A DNA stretch of 46,649 nucleotides. It comes from an uncultured Candidatus Saccharibacteria bacterium. GTDB taxonomy: Bacteria; Patescibacteriota; Minisyncoccia; 2-02-FULL-40-12; GWA2-44-9. The notes below the pieces were generated by a model. That model made no database searches. It was not told the DNA's origin and worked only from the letters and a program-made list of their open reading frames with translations. The first letter of the stretch is position 1; each line of letters starts with the position of its first letter. A program made the translations under genes and the position numbers. Location: positions 1-46,649 of the forward strand of contig CAZAUE010000004.1 of the NCBI GenBank assembly GCA_964488565.1, read 5' to 3'. This document shows, piece after piece, positions 18,426 through 28,290 of the stretch.

Positions 18426-19176
18426 AAAATTATTTACAAAGGAACAGTTTCAAAAAATGCTCAAAAAAGAAGCAGAGCGAATGGCAAACGACAAAGCCCT
18501 GAACAGAAAAGGGGTTGATTTGCTCATAGACGCAGCAGAATATCATTGGATTCATCAAACCGAATGGCTTGGTGAACCCGTATTAAATCCCGCTCAAGAC
18601 ATGTTTGCTCGGCAAGAAATAATTTTTAAAACCAAGCCAGATTATATTATTGAGCTCGGCGTAGCCTGGGGAGGTTCTTTGCTGTTTTACTCAACACTAA
18701 TGGAGATAATCGGTGGTAAAAAAATTATAGGCATAGATATATTTATGCCCCCAGATTTAATTAAAAGACTTAAGGCCAACAAAAGACTGTCCAAACGACT
18801 AGTTTTTATTAACGGGCCCTCAACAGAAAAGGACACATTGAATAAGGTTAAAAAAATTATAGGCAAAAACAAAAAATTATTAGTTATATTAGATTCAAAT
18901 CACACCCACGAACACGTTCTTAATGAACTCCGTGCTTATTCACCTCTTATTGGCAAGGGGTACTATTTAATCTGTGATGACACCTTCGTTGAGGACATTG
19001 GAAACAGAAAATCTAAAATAAACGAAAATCGTCCATGGGGTCCCGGCAATAATCCCGAAACGGCTCGCAGACAATTCCTGAAAGAAAATAAAAAATTTGC
19101 CGTTGATGAAGTTATAAAAAACAAAATCCTAATCAGCTGTAATGCCAATGGCTACCTAAAGCGCATTAAAAGCTAA
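18418..19176 (+). CDS. CmcI / cephalosporin hydroxylase family (rhamnosyl O-methyltransferase-like)
   Basis: WLGEP, QEIIFKTKPDYIIELGVAWGGSL, LDSNHTHEHVL.EL..Y, RPWGPGNNP. Confidence 0.85.
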   Translation: MSKKLFTKEQFQKMLKKEAERMANDKALNRKGVDLLIDAAEYHWIHQTEWLGEPVLNPAQDMFARQEIIFKTKPDYIIELGVAWGGSLLFYSTLMEIIGGKKIIGIDIFMPPDLIKRLKANKRLSKRLVFINGPSTEKDTLNKVKKIIGKNKKLLVILDSNHTHEHVLNELRAYSPLIGKGYYLICDDTFVEDIGNRKSKINENRPWGPGNNPETARRQFLKENKKFAVDEVIKNKILISCNANGYLKRIKS

Positions 19177-19178
19177 CT

Positions 19179-20249
19179 ATGCCGGAAGATTTAACCATAT
19201 TACTTATTCTTAAAGATCGAACGCCCTTCACTTGGCGCTGGTTACACCATGCAAACACCATTAAATTACCTTACAAAGTTATTATCGCTGATGGTGGTGA
19301 AGATTTTTCTTTAGAAAATAAATTGGCCGACAAAAAGCAATTTCCCAATGTAAATTATGATTATATTCGATATCCCCACGACAAAGACATTGCGACATAT
19401 TTTCTAAAACTAGCAAACTCTTCCAAATTAATAAAAACTTCATTTGTTTTACTTGCCAGTAATCACGACTTTTATTTTATAGATTCAATTAAGGAGTCGC
19501 TTGAATTTTTGAAATCTCATCCTGATTTTGCTTCGGTCCGTGGAGAAATTTATGATATCTCAATTCAAGATAAAAAAATTAAAGATTTCCATAAAACCTA
19601 CTTCAACCCAGCCAATACTGCCAACACTGGACTTGAAAGACTTGAGGCATATTCAAAAAAGCCTGGCTCACTGTGGCATGATATTAATCGTACAATAAAT
19701 ATACAGAAAGCCTTTACACACTTTCATGAATCTGGCATCAATGACATTGTTTTGGCTGAATATCTTTTAAATGCCATTATCGTTCTTTCGGGGAAAACCC
19801 ACAGGACAGATAAGCTTCACATGCTTCATCAAGAACCAGTTGATGGATTAGGCTTAACCCTTTCAAAACGTGACCCGATTGAATGGATGGCATCAGAAAA
19901 TTGGTCTGAGTATTTTTTGGGTATAATAAATATAATCTCAAACGAATTAGCTACACGTGATGATATTGCCAAGAATGTTTCTTACAATAAATCTCTACAA
20001 ATATTTCTTGCTTACTTTTTAGGCAAGAATATGATATCTGACCATTCAATAAGAAAATCGGATCACAGCCAGTCTTTTATTATAAGGCGCTCCCGTTTTA
20101 TTAACAAAAATAACGTGTTTAAGAAAATTGGAAAAAAAATATATCTATTTGCAAAAAATCACAAACAAAACAGTTTAAACAAAAACATTGTTCAAACTTC
20201 GCCTTATGGTCGGGAGCTGAGACAAATTGAAGATTTTTTAAGAAGTTAA
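19179..20249 (+). CDS. TIGR00180-like GT-A glycosyltransferase
   Basis: LTILLILKDR…IIADGG…T.FV.LA..HDF N-terminal pattern. Confidence 0.65.
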   Translation: MPEDLTILLILKDRTPFTWRWLHHANTIKLPYKVIIADGGEDFSLENKLADKKQFPNVNYDYIRYPHDKDIATYFLKLANSSKLIKTSFVLLASNHDFYFIDSIKESLEFLKSHPDFASVRGEIYDISIQDKKIKDFHKTYFNPANTANTGLERLEAYSKKPGSLWHDINRTINIQKAFTHFHESGINDIVLAEYLLNAIIVLSGKTHRTDKLHMLHQEPVDGLGLTLSKRDPIEWMASENWSEYFLGIINIISNELATRDDIAKNVSYNKSLQIFLAYFLGKNMISDHSIRKSDHSQSFIIRRSRFINKNNVFKKIGKKIYLFAKNHKQNSLNKNIVQTSPYGRELRQIEDFLRS

Positions 20250-20256
20250 AACAAGC

Positions 20257-20892
20257 ATGGATAAAGCAATAATATTTGATGTAGATGGAGTAATCGTAAC
20301 CGGTGATACGGCTAGGTTTGATTTTCTGAAGAAAAGTTATGAAAAAGTAGGATTAACATTAGACGATACTTTGTTTCCAAAAATTATCGGGGTAACATTC
20401 AAAAATTTTCTATCTCAAACAGAAATTAATCCTGATAAAAAAGCGGTCCTTCTCGATATGTTTCAAAAAGAGTATTTGGACAAAATAACCGAACATGTTT
20501 CCCCCATCAATACCACAATTAATTTCATAAAAAACTATAGTGGTCCTAAAAAACTAGCAATAGCTTCTAACGGTTTTCAAAATGTTAACGAAACACTTAC
20601 AAAAAAATTTGGAATCTATGAAAAATTATCAGCCATAGTCTCCAATGAAAAAGTTGAACATCCAAAACCCCATCCTGACATTTACCTCAAAACAGCTAAA
20701 ATTCTTGGAGTAGACCCCCTTAACTGTATCGCCGTTGAAGATTCTGTTGTGGGCGCACAGGCAGCCATAAGTGCCAACATGTCCTGTTATATATTTCTAA
20801 ATTCCCAAAACAAAAAGGGTGATTTCTTGGATATGCCAATCTCGGGATTCCTAGAAAGCAACGAGGACTTAAATAAAATTGGAATATTATGA
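20257..20892 (+). CDS. HAD-superfamily phosphatase (beta-PGM/CbbY-like)
   Basis: FDVDGV (DxD), ASN, KPHPDIY, VEDS..G..AA..A. Confidence 0.85.
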   Translation: MDKAIIFDVDGVIVTGDTARFDFLKKSYEKVGLTLDDTLFPKIIGVTFKNFLSQTEINPDKKAVLLDMFQKEYLDKITEHVSPINTTINFIKNYSGPKKLAIASNGFQNVNETLTKKFGIYEKLSAIVSNEKVEHPKPHPDIYLKTAKILGVDPLNCIAVEDSVVGAQAAISANMSCYIFLNSQNKKGDFLDMPISGFLESNEDLNKIGIL

Positions 20893-21638
20893 AAAAAGTT
20901 TTAGGAATAATACCAGCCCGATTGAATTCAACAAGACTACCGGGTAAAATGCTTGCTGATATCTGCGGAAAACCGCTTATCTTTTATACCATTCAGCAGG
21001 CAAAAAAATCCAAACTCTTGGATGATCTTGTTTTGGCTACGGATTCCGAAGAAATAAAAAGAGCAGTTAAAGATACGGGTATACAAGTAATAATGACCTC
21101 CGCAAAACACAAGTGTGGAAGCGACAGAGTTGCAGAAGCTGCAAAGAAGTTTAAAAAATTTAAACCCGAAATAATCATCAACATCCAAGGAGACGAGCCG
21201 TTACTTGACCCGAGTGTGGTTGATGCGGTAGCAAAAATTCTCCTAAAAAATAATGGGGTAAAAATGGCTTCTGCAGCTATTCCCATGAAAGACAAGGGTG
21301 CGTCAATTAAACCAAACTTTGTTAAAGTAATATTGGATAAAAATAATGACGCAATTTACTTTTCCAGACACCCTATCCCCTTTGAAAGAAATAGTTATTC
21401 TAATTATTTGAAACATGTCGGAATATTCGGATTCAAAAGAGATTTCCTGATGAAATATGTAAAAATGAAACAGACACCACTAGAAGTCGCAGAAAGTTTG
21501 GAACAATTACGAGTATTAGAAAATGGTTATAAAATCAAGTTAGCTGTTGGTGATTTTCGTGAGGTCAGTGTGGATACCCATGAAGACCTAGAGGTGGCCA
21601 GAGCTATCATTAAAAAACAGAAAAATGAAAAACAATAA
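20889..21638 (+). CDS. kdsB: CMP-Kdo synthetase (3-deoxy-manno-octulosonate cytidylyltransferase)
   Basis: IIPARLNSTRLPGKML, GSDR, NIQGDEP, AIYFSR, ESLEQLR.LE, SVDT.EDL. Confidence 0.92.
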   Translation: MKKVLGIIPARLNSTRLPGKMLADICGKPLIFYTIQQAKKSKLLDDLVLATDSEEIKRAVKDTGIQVIMTSAKHKCGSDRVAEAAKKFKKFKPEIIINIQGDEPLLDPSVVDAVAKILLKNNGVKMASAAIPMKDKGASIKPNFVKVILDKNNDAIYFSRHPIPFERNSYSNYLKHVGIFGFKRDFLMKYVKMKQTPLEVAESLEQLRVLENGYKIKLAVGDFREVSVDTHEDLEVARAIIKKQKNEKQ

Positions 21639-22461
21639 AAATATACATATAAAAATAGGAAACATAACTCTAGGCAACGACCTACCTTTTGTTTTAATTG
21701 CTGGGCCAGACTCTTTAGAATCATATGAAAGGACCAATTCTATAGTTTCCAAGATAAACAAATACACTAAAGAATTGGGAATTCCATGGATAATGAAAGC
21801 TTGTTTTGATAAATCTCAACGCACATCCATTGATGGTTGGCGTGGACTTGGCTTAGATAAAGCACTCCCAGTCTATCGCCGTTTAAAAAAAGAGTATGGT
21901 GTGCCAATAACATCTGATTTCTCAACCACAGAGGAGGCTAAAAAAATGAGCAAAGTAGTAGATTTATTACAAGTACAGGCACGACTATACCGCCAAACCG
22001 ATATTTTAGTGGCTGCCGGTCGTTATGGTAAATCGGTAAACCTCAAGCGCTCACATGGCGAGTCACCAAAAGGTCTCCCTGGAGCAATCGGAAAAATCAC
22101 ATCCACAGGAAACAAAAACATCGTCATAACGGAGCGTGGCAGTGTCTTTGGTCACGATGATATTGTTGTGGACATGCGCCTACTTGAGGCTCACAAGAAT
22201 CTTGGCTACCCAATTTGTCTAGATGTCTCGCATACTTGTCAAAAACCTTCAGCCGACAATGGTGTGTCTGGCGGTGAACGAAAGTTTAGTCTTCCATTGG
22301 CTAAGGCCGGAGTAGCTGTTGGTGTTGCTGCTATTTTCATGGAGGTTTATGATAAGCCAGAACTGGCTCCAGTGGATGGCCCACACTCATTTCTGCTTAG
22401 TGAATTATTTGAAGCATTAAAACTTCTCAAAAAAATTGACCAGACAGTAAAGGGATACTAA
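21625..22461 (+). CDS. kdsA: Kdo8P synthase family protein with a divergent active site
   Basis: IAGP..ES, K..FDK..RTS, RQTD, ERG..FG, D.SH..Q.P, SGG.R and DGP scaffold retained; several canonical residues replaced. Confidence 0.8.
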   Translation: MKNNKNIHIKIGNITLGNDLPFVLIAGPDSLESYERTNSIVSKINKYTKELGIPWIMKACFDKSQRTSIDGWRGLGLDKALPVYRRLKKEYGVPITSDFSTTEEAKKMSKVVDLLQVQARLYRQTDILVAAGRYGKSVNLKRSHGESPKGLPGAIGKITSTGNKNIVITERGSVFGHDDIVVDMRLLEAHKNLGYPICLDVSHTCQKPSADNGVSGGERKFSLPLAKAGVAVGVAAIFMEVYDKPELAPVDGPHSFLLSELFEALKLLKKIDQTVKGY

Positions 22462-22471
22462 AAGAAGTATT

Positions 22472-22502
22472 AAAAAAAACCCGGAGCATTCAAGCAACCG
22501 GG
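22472..22502 (-). terminator. intrinsic terminator of the radical SAM gene
   Basis: CCCGG…CCGGG stem with an A8 run on its left, between convergent genes. Confidence 0.6.
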
Positions 22503-22513
22503 CTTACTAAACC

Positions 22514-23545
22514 TTAAGACTTCGCCGCATCAGAATAGATCAATTCCGTTGCGGTCATACTTTGTCCGACTTTTCGTCCGGACTTGTTGGTCCACGCCAA
22601 CACCTCTTTTAGATCCGGGTAGAGATAATCACAACCCTCACAGAAAGTTCCACCAAACAATCCTTCATCATGAAAACGACGCAAATTCTCAAACAGAGAA
22701 CTTGAAACAACTTCCGCAATTGTCTGTGTATCCAAGTGACCTAATGTTCCTTGAGAATCTCGTCCCAAAACAATAGGGCAAGCAACCACTGCCAACTTGT
22801 GCCCATTAATTCCTCCCGCACGCACTTCAAGATAGTTTGCACGAGGACGACCACAAGATTTTAAGCCAAGTGATTTTTGCTTTGCCATTTCCGAACGTGA
22901 AACAATCGGAGCATAGCTACCGGCCCAATTGTGAGGTAACCAAATCTCGGCTTCAACACCCAACGGATTGATTATGTTTTTTAAATACTGTTCAACTTCC
23001 CAATCTTTCTTAGACGAATCGAGAACCAAATGGCGGGTATTTATTTTTGTATTCGGATATTTTCCGGTTCGGAGAATGTCTTGAAAGGCAAGGACATGCC
23101 CCATCACAACTTCAAAATTACCACCAAGCATTGATTTGTTATAAGCTTCTCTGTCATAACCAATCATTGATACGGTTACCTCATTAATTCCACTTTCAAT
23201 AACTCGTAAAGATAATTCTGGCGAAAGACGATTGCCGTGTGTTAAGAACGACACATAAGTATTGCCTTTTGATTTTGCATATCTGATGATTTCGGGAAGG
23301 TGTCGATTAAGAGTCGGCTCACCTGAGCCATGTAGTGAGACGTAAAATGTCTTGTTTGGGTCACGATACTGATATGCATCATCGACCACTTTTCTAAACT
23401 CCTCCAACGTCATCGTGGCTCTAAATTCTTTTTCCCGGCCTCCGTTTATTTTTGCCTGCGGACACGTCACGCATTGGAAATTACATGATCCGGCAATCTC
23501 CATGTTGAGTTGCTCAATGACAAGATTAGGCAATGGCAGTGGCAT
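22514..23545 (-). CDS. radical SAM protein with SPASM/twitch domain
   Basis: CNFQCVTC (CxxxCxxC), GSGEPTL; C-terminal C…VVAC…LGHL…CEGC; GGAG SD. Confidence 0.88.
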   Translation of the reverse strand: MPLPLPNLVIEQLNMEIAGSCNFQCVTCPQAKINGGREKEFRATMTLEEFRKVVDDAYQYRDPNKTFYVSLHGSGEPTLNRHLPEIIRYAKSKGNTYVSFLTHGNRLSPELSLRVIESGINEVTVSMIGYDREAYNKSMLGGNFEVVMGHVLAFQDILRTGKYPNTKINTRHLVLDSSKKDWEVEQYLKNIINPLGVEAEIWLPHNWAGSYAPIVSRSEMAKQKSLGLKSCGRPRANYLEVRAGGINGHKLAVVACPIVLGRDSQGTLGHLDTQTIAEVVSSSLFENLRRFHDEGLFGGTFCEGCDYLYPDLKEVLAWTNKSGRKVGQSMTATELIYSDAAKS

Positions 23546-23661
23546 GGTTTTACTCCAATTTCAATGAACTTATTAAAGATTAAAGCACAATTTAACAATA
23601 AGGTCTATAGTTAGATAAATCCTTGAATTATTGGTCAAAATATGGTAAAAAATAAGGTATT

Positions 23662-24411
23662 ATGCAACCCAAACATAAGCCACTAAAAGCTCTCATTACC
23701 GGCGGAAGCAGGGGTATTGGTCTTGGCATTGCTGATTCTCTTCAGGGGGCCGGCTATGAGGTCATCTCTATCGGAAAAGACAAGCAGGCCAAGTTTCTCG
23801 ATCCTCGAATTAGATATGTTCAAGCCGACCTTTCTACAGCAACAGGCGTATCAAAAATTTCTAACCTCATCAATAAAGAAAAGCCGGTCATTTTGATTAA
23901 CTGCCTGGGAATTGAGAGAAATGGCGACTTCACAGAAACCACAAAAAAAGACTACGACCTCGTAATGAATACGAACGTTGCCTGCCATTTTGAACTCACA
24001 AAAAAAGCAATTCCCCACATGGTAAAAAACAAATGGGGTCGGATAATTTTTATAACAAGTGTTTGGGGTAGTATTGGAACCCGCCGAAGAGCAGTCTACA
24101 CAATGAGTAAGTTTGCCTTAAATGGACTAGCGATGAGCCTTGCTGATGAATACGCCAAAGATGGTATTAGGGTTAATTGTGTAGCCCCGGGCTTTATTGA
24201 TATAGACAAAACATCTCCAACGGGAGGACGTGGGGGGAAAAGAAATAAATTTCTATCTAAAAAAATCCCTTCCCAAAGATTAGGTCAGCCCGAGGAAATA
24301 GGAAACCTTGTTAAATGGTTAGTTTCAAAAGAAAGTGATTATATTTCTGGACAAGTAATTGTGGTTGATGGTGGTTTCCTTAATAGCGGTTCAAGAGGTG
24401 AGCCTTTTTAA
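23662..24411 (+). CDS. classical SDR oxidoreductase (FabG-like)
   Basis: TGGSRGIG, YTMSK, VNCVAPG, R.GQPEE, ISGQVIVVDGG. Confidence 0.88.
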   Translation: MQPKHKPLKALITGGSRGIGLGIADSLQGAGYEVISIGKDKQAKFLDPRIRYVQADLSTATGVSKISNLINKEKPVILINCLGIERNGDFTETTKKDYDLVMNTNVACHFELTKKAIPHMVKNKWGRIIFITSVWGSIGTRRRAVYTMSKFALNGLAMSLADEYAKDGIRVNCVAPGFIDIDKTSPTGGRGGKRNKFLSKKIPSQRLGQPEEIGNLVKWLVSKESDYISGQVIVVDGGFLNSGSRGEPF

Positions 24412-24420
24412 ATTCAGACC

Positions 24421-25836
24421 ATGAAATATCAAGACCAAGTAGACATAATAACCAACATTGAAAATAATTTTCCAGTAAATAATCTAGTCTATAAAAACAT
24501 AAGAATATGGCCCATTATAAGGCTGGCTATCTGGCAAAGTATCTTTGATGGACCATCTGAACCCAAGCAATCAACACCTAAAAAATCAATCTCCAAAAGA
24601 TTGATTAGGTTCTTAAGCAAAGTGTTTTTCTTGAAAAATAATATTTACAGAAAAACTGAAACTGTGTTTCTAATCGCACCAAGCGAAAGAAAAGTTCTTG
24701 TTGAAGATAAATATTACAGCCCTTTTTCAAATAGTTTAAATGACATTCTAAAAGAAGCGAGGATACCCTCTTCTGTTTTAGATTTGGGCAAAAGAAGATT
24801 ACCTGTCTATGGGGATACCTACTTTATAGATCAAGAGACCATTGACCATCCTGTCTTATCTAAAATATTTAAACACCTAAAAAAATATTTTATCGCAACC
24901 AAAAATAATATTTCCGAATGGGATAAATTAACATCCTACATGGAAACTCATCACCCCAAACACACCCCCAACAAAACTGCCATAATAAAATATTGTGAAA
25001 ATGTTATCAGATATGAAAATATTTTCACCAGAATTCTTAAAAAAATAGAGCCCAAAGTTGCTTTCCTTGTTTGCTACTATCATCCCGCAGCAATGGGTTA
25101 TATTAAAGCTTGCTACAAACTTGGAATCAAAAGCGTTGATATTCAGCATGGTGACCACTATGGCATGTATAGAAACTGGACCAAATTACCCAAAGAAGGC
25201 TATCAACTCCTACCCTCCTCTTGGTGGTGTTGGGGCAAGGGATCTGCTGATGAGATAAACAACTGGTCAATTCCTGCTCATCCGAACCACAAAGCGTTCG
25301 TAGGTGGCAATCCTTGGATTTCCCGATTCATTAATAACAGCGTCAAAAATACGGAAACAAATAAATCAAAAATAAATGTATTGGTGGCTCTTACCAATGT
25401 GGCTTATCCAGTAGAAAATATTGTTTTAGCAATAAAAAATTCCCCCAACAACATCAATTGGATACTTAGACCTCACCCAGCAATGCCAAATGAAATTGAT
25501 AAATTCAAACAAGTAGCAGAAAGATTTACAATGGATAAATCCACTCTCGTATTTGAGTCATTCAGAAACGTTGATTTTATAATAACTCCATGCTCTACGG
25601 TTGCCTATGAAGCATTACTCTTTAAAGTTCACCCCACTATTACCCACGCCGATGGCAAGGAAAAATTTCATAATTATATAGACAAAGGACTTTTCAGTTA
25701 CGCCGAAACTGATGACAAAATACTGGAAGTTTTGCAAAAAAATAAATCAAATTTTAATTTTAAAGAAGATGTCCCCTACATGGAAACAAACATGGCAAAA
25801 ATTAAAGAAAATCTGTTAAACTTAATAAGATCATGA
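24421..25836 (+). CDS. putative polysaccharide biosynthesis protein, possible CMP-ulosonic-acid transferase (GT-B-like)
   Basis: DIQHG, WCWG, GNPW, LRPHP and STV.YEAL motifs typical of sialyl/Kdo-transferase-like proteins; near kdsAB. Confidence 0.5.
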   Translation: MKYQDQVDIITNIENNFPVNNLVYKNIRIWPIIRLAIWQSIFDGPSEPKQSTPKKSISKRLIRFLSKVFFLKNNIYRKTETVFLIAPSERKVLVEDKYYSPFSNSLNDILKEARIPSSVLDLGKRRLPVYGDTYFIDQETIDHPVLSKIFKHLKKYFIATKNNISEWDKLTSYMETHHPKHTPNKTAIIKYCENVIRYENIFTRILKKIEPKVAFLVCYYHPAAMGYIKACYKLGIKSVDIQHGDHYGMYRNWTKLPKEGYQLLPSSWWCWGKGSADEINNWSIPAHPNHKAFVGGNPWISRFINNSVKNTETNKSKINVLVALTNVAYPVENIVLAIKNSPNNINWILRPHPAMPNEIDKFKQVAERFTMDKSTLVFESFRNVDFIITPCSTVAYEALLFKVHPTITHADGKEKFHNYIDKGLFSYAETDDKILEVLQKNKSNFNFKEDVPYMETNMAKIKENLLNLIRS

Positions 25837-26741
25837 ATCACGCTCCCATAGTTTTATTCGTGTATAATCGCATATGGCACACTCAACAAACAGTTGAGGC
25901 GCTTAAGCAAAACCTGCTTGCACAAGAAAGCGATCTTTTTATCTTTTCCGATGGATTCAAGGATGAATCAGACAAAATTAAAGTTGAGGAGGTTAGAAAT
26001 TATATAAAAACAGTAACTGGGTTTAAAAGTATTAATATAATCGAAAGAGAAAAAAATCTTGGACTAGCTGACTCTATAATTTCAGGGGTCACGGAGTTGG
26101 TCAACAAATATGGAAAAGTTATTGTCCTTGAAGACGACATCGTAACCTCACCCTACTTTCTTAAATACATGAATGAGACTCTTAGTCTTTACGAGGATTC
26201 AGAAGAAGTAATAAGTATACATGGGTATGTATATCCCATAAAGAATAATTTACCGGAAACTTTTTTCATAAAAGGGGCAGATTGCTGGGGATGGGCAACA
26301 TGGAAAAGAGGTTGGGATTTATTTGAACAAAATGGCCTAAAACTCTTAAACCAGATAAGGGCAACTGGTCTTGAAAAAAGTTTTAATTTTGATAATTCTT
26401 ATGACTATGCAGGTATGCTCGATGGTCAAACAAAGGGCAAGAATAATTCATGGGCAGTCCGATGGTACGCCTCCGCATTTCTTAAAAAGAAACTCACACT
26501 CTATCCAGGACGCTCTTTGGTTAAAAACATTGGAATGGACAATAGTGGCAGGCATTCAGGAAAAACACACGTTTTTGATCAAGAACTGACAAAAACTCCA
26601 ATTTCAATAGAAAAAATTGTTGCCATTGAAAATAAATCAGCCAGAAAAGAATTTGTTAAGTTTTTCAAATCAACCAAGCCACGAATAGCTCGGAGGGTTT
26701 TAAACAAATTTAATAAAATATTATGCAGTTTAAAAAAATAA
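25833..26741 (+). CDS. GT-A (GT2-like) glycosyltransferase
   Basis: PIVLFVYNR..HT, FSDG, NLGLA.SII.GV, VLEDD, CWGWATW, NIG.D.SG.H. Confidence 0.85.
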   Translation: MNHAPIVLFVYNRIWHTQQTVEALKQNLLAQESDLFIFSDGFKDESDKIKVEEVRNYIKTVTGFKSINIIEREKNLGLADSIISGVTELVNKYGKVIVLEDDIVTSPYFLKYMNETLSLYEDSEEVISIHGYVYPIKNNLPETFFIKGADCWGWATWKRGWDLFEQNGLKLLNQIRATGLEKSFNFDNSYDYAGMLDGQTKGKNNSWAVRWYASAFLKKKLTLYPGRSLVKNIGMDNSGRHSGKTHVFDQELTKTPISIEKIVAIENKSARKEFVKFFKSTKPRIARRVLNKFNKILCSLKK

Positions 26742-27556
26742 AAAAAAGAATTACCAGATTAATCCCTCCTGTGCTTTTAGATTCATACAGAAACGCTAAT
26801 AGAAAATATGGCTATTTTGGAGTTTACAATAACTGGGAAGAAGCCAAAAAAAATTCCACCGGATATGACAGTGATCTTATAATAGAGAAAGTTAAAGATT
26901 CTGCCCTAAAAGTAAAAAATGGAGAAGTTGCGTATGAAAGAGATTCCATGGTTTTTAAAGAGATTGAGCCCTCTTGGCATGTTTTAGCTCCCCTTCTTTG
27001 GATAGCATCGAAAAACAATAACTCACTCAATGTTCTTGATTTTGGAGGTGCTCTGGGAACAAGCTACTATCAGAACCGGGGATTTCTCAATCATCTTAAC
27101 AATTTTAAATGGTCAATCATTGAGCAAACAAAGTTTGTAGATTACGGAAAAAAATTATTTGAAGACCAAAATTTAAAATTTTATTTCTCAACCGAAGAAT
27201 ATGGAAAAGACCAAGAACCAGATGTGGTAATCATGTCCAGCGTTATTCAATATTTAGAAAATCCATACGAACAAATGGAGGATGTACTAAAATTAAATCC
27301 GAAATTTATAATTTTTGACAAAACACCCTTCACAAAATCTGGTAATGACATCATTACTGTCCAAAAGGTCCCATCTCATATCTATAACGCCAGTTATCCG
27401 AGTTGGGTTTTTGATTTTAATAAATTTATTTCTTTTTTTAATAAACATGATTATAATCTAAGAACAAATTTAAGCCATTACTCAAAAGACATATTCAGCA
27501 TAAATAATGTTCCCGTAAGCTGGGAGGGATTCTTACTTGAACACATAAACAAATGA
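26723..27556 (+). CDS. TIGR04325-family methyltransferase
   Basis: W.EA...STGYD, YERDS, VLDFGGALGTSYYQ, SSVIQY, VQKVP..IY.ASYP.W. Confidence 0.8.
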   Translation: MQFKKIKKRITRLIPPVLLDSYRNANRKYGYFGVYNNWEEAKKNSTGYDSDLIIEKVKDSALKVKNGEVAYERDSMVFKEIEPSWHVLAPLLWIASKNNNSLNVLDFGGALGTSYYQNRGFLNHLNNFKWSIIEQTKFVDYGKKLFEDQNLKFYFSTEEYGKDQEPDVVIMSSVIQYLENPYEQMEDVLKLNPKFIIFDKTPFTKSGNDIITVQKVPSHIYNASYPSWVFDFNKFISFFNKHDYNLRTNLSHYSKDIFSINNVPVSWEGFLLEHINK

Positions 27557-28278
27557 GCAAATTAGCTACCATTCTAAGGAGACAGGAGTTTTTTCCGGGC
27601 TTTATTGGCCTATTTACCAATCCGGTATATTTCACACGCAAAGAATTATTAAAAAATATCAGACATTTCAGTAGCAAAATTACAGGAAAAACTCTTGATG
27701 TGGGCTGTGGAACAAAACCATATAAAGAACTGTTTTCAAACGCTAAGTATGTAGGTCTTGAAATTGACACACCAATCGCCAGGGCAAATAAAAGCGCAGA
27801 CTTCTTTTATGACGGTAAAACATTCCCCTTTCCTGACGATGAATTTGATTCGGTGATTTCTAGCGAAGTATTAGAGCATGTTTTTAACCCTGTTGAATTT
27901 TTAAAAGAAATAAACAGAATAACCAAAATCGATGGACACTTGCTTCTAACAGTTCCTTTCATCTGGGGGGAGCATGAACAGCCTTATGATTTCGGACGCT
28001 ACTCTTCTTTTGGTATTAAAAGTCTATTAGAAAGAAGCGGGTTCTCGGTTATTGAACAGATCAAAACCCTAAATGACATAAGGATTCTATTCCAGCTTAC
28101 AAATTGCTATGCAAGAAAAAAACTAAAATTCAGAAACAAAAAATTAAAACTTCTAGCCTATATTATTGTATTCGGATTGTTAAACATTTTAGGAAGCTTA
28201 CTTCACAAGGTAACCCCCAAAGACAATGATCTCTACGCCGACAATGTTGTTTTTGCCAAAAAAATTTCAAACATTTAA
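27553..28278 (+). CDS. class I SAM-dependent methyltransferase (Methyltransf_11)
   Basis: LDVGCGTKPY, FPFPDDEFD, EVLEHV, VPFIWGEHEQPYDFGRY. Confidence 0.88.
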   Translation: MSKLATILRRQEFFPGFIGLFTNPVYFTRKELLKNIRHFSSKITGKTLDVGCGTKPYKELFSNAKYVGLEIDTPIARANKSADFFYDGKTFPFPDDEFDSVISSEVLEHVFNPVEFLKEINRITKIDGHLLLTVPFIWGEHEQPYDFGRYSSFGIKSLLERSGFSVIEQIKTLNDIRILFQLTNCYARKKLKFRNKKLKLLAYIIVFGLLNILGSLLHKVTPKDNDLYADNVVFAKKISNI

Positions 28279-28290
28279 TTAATTTCCTAC

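Noticed and set aside
20889-22461. LPS core / lipid A biosynthesis locus
   Set aside because: No waaA, lpx or heptose genes in the window, and the KdsA motifs are non-canonical
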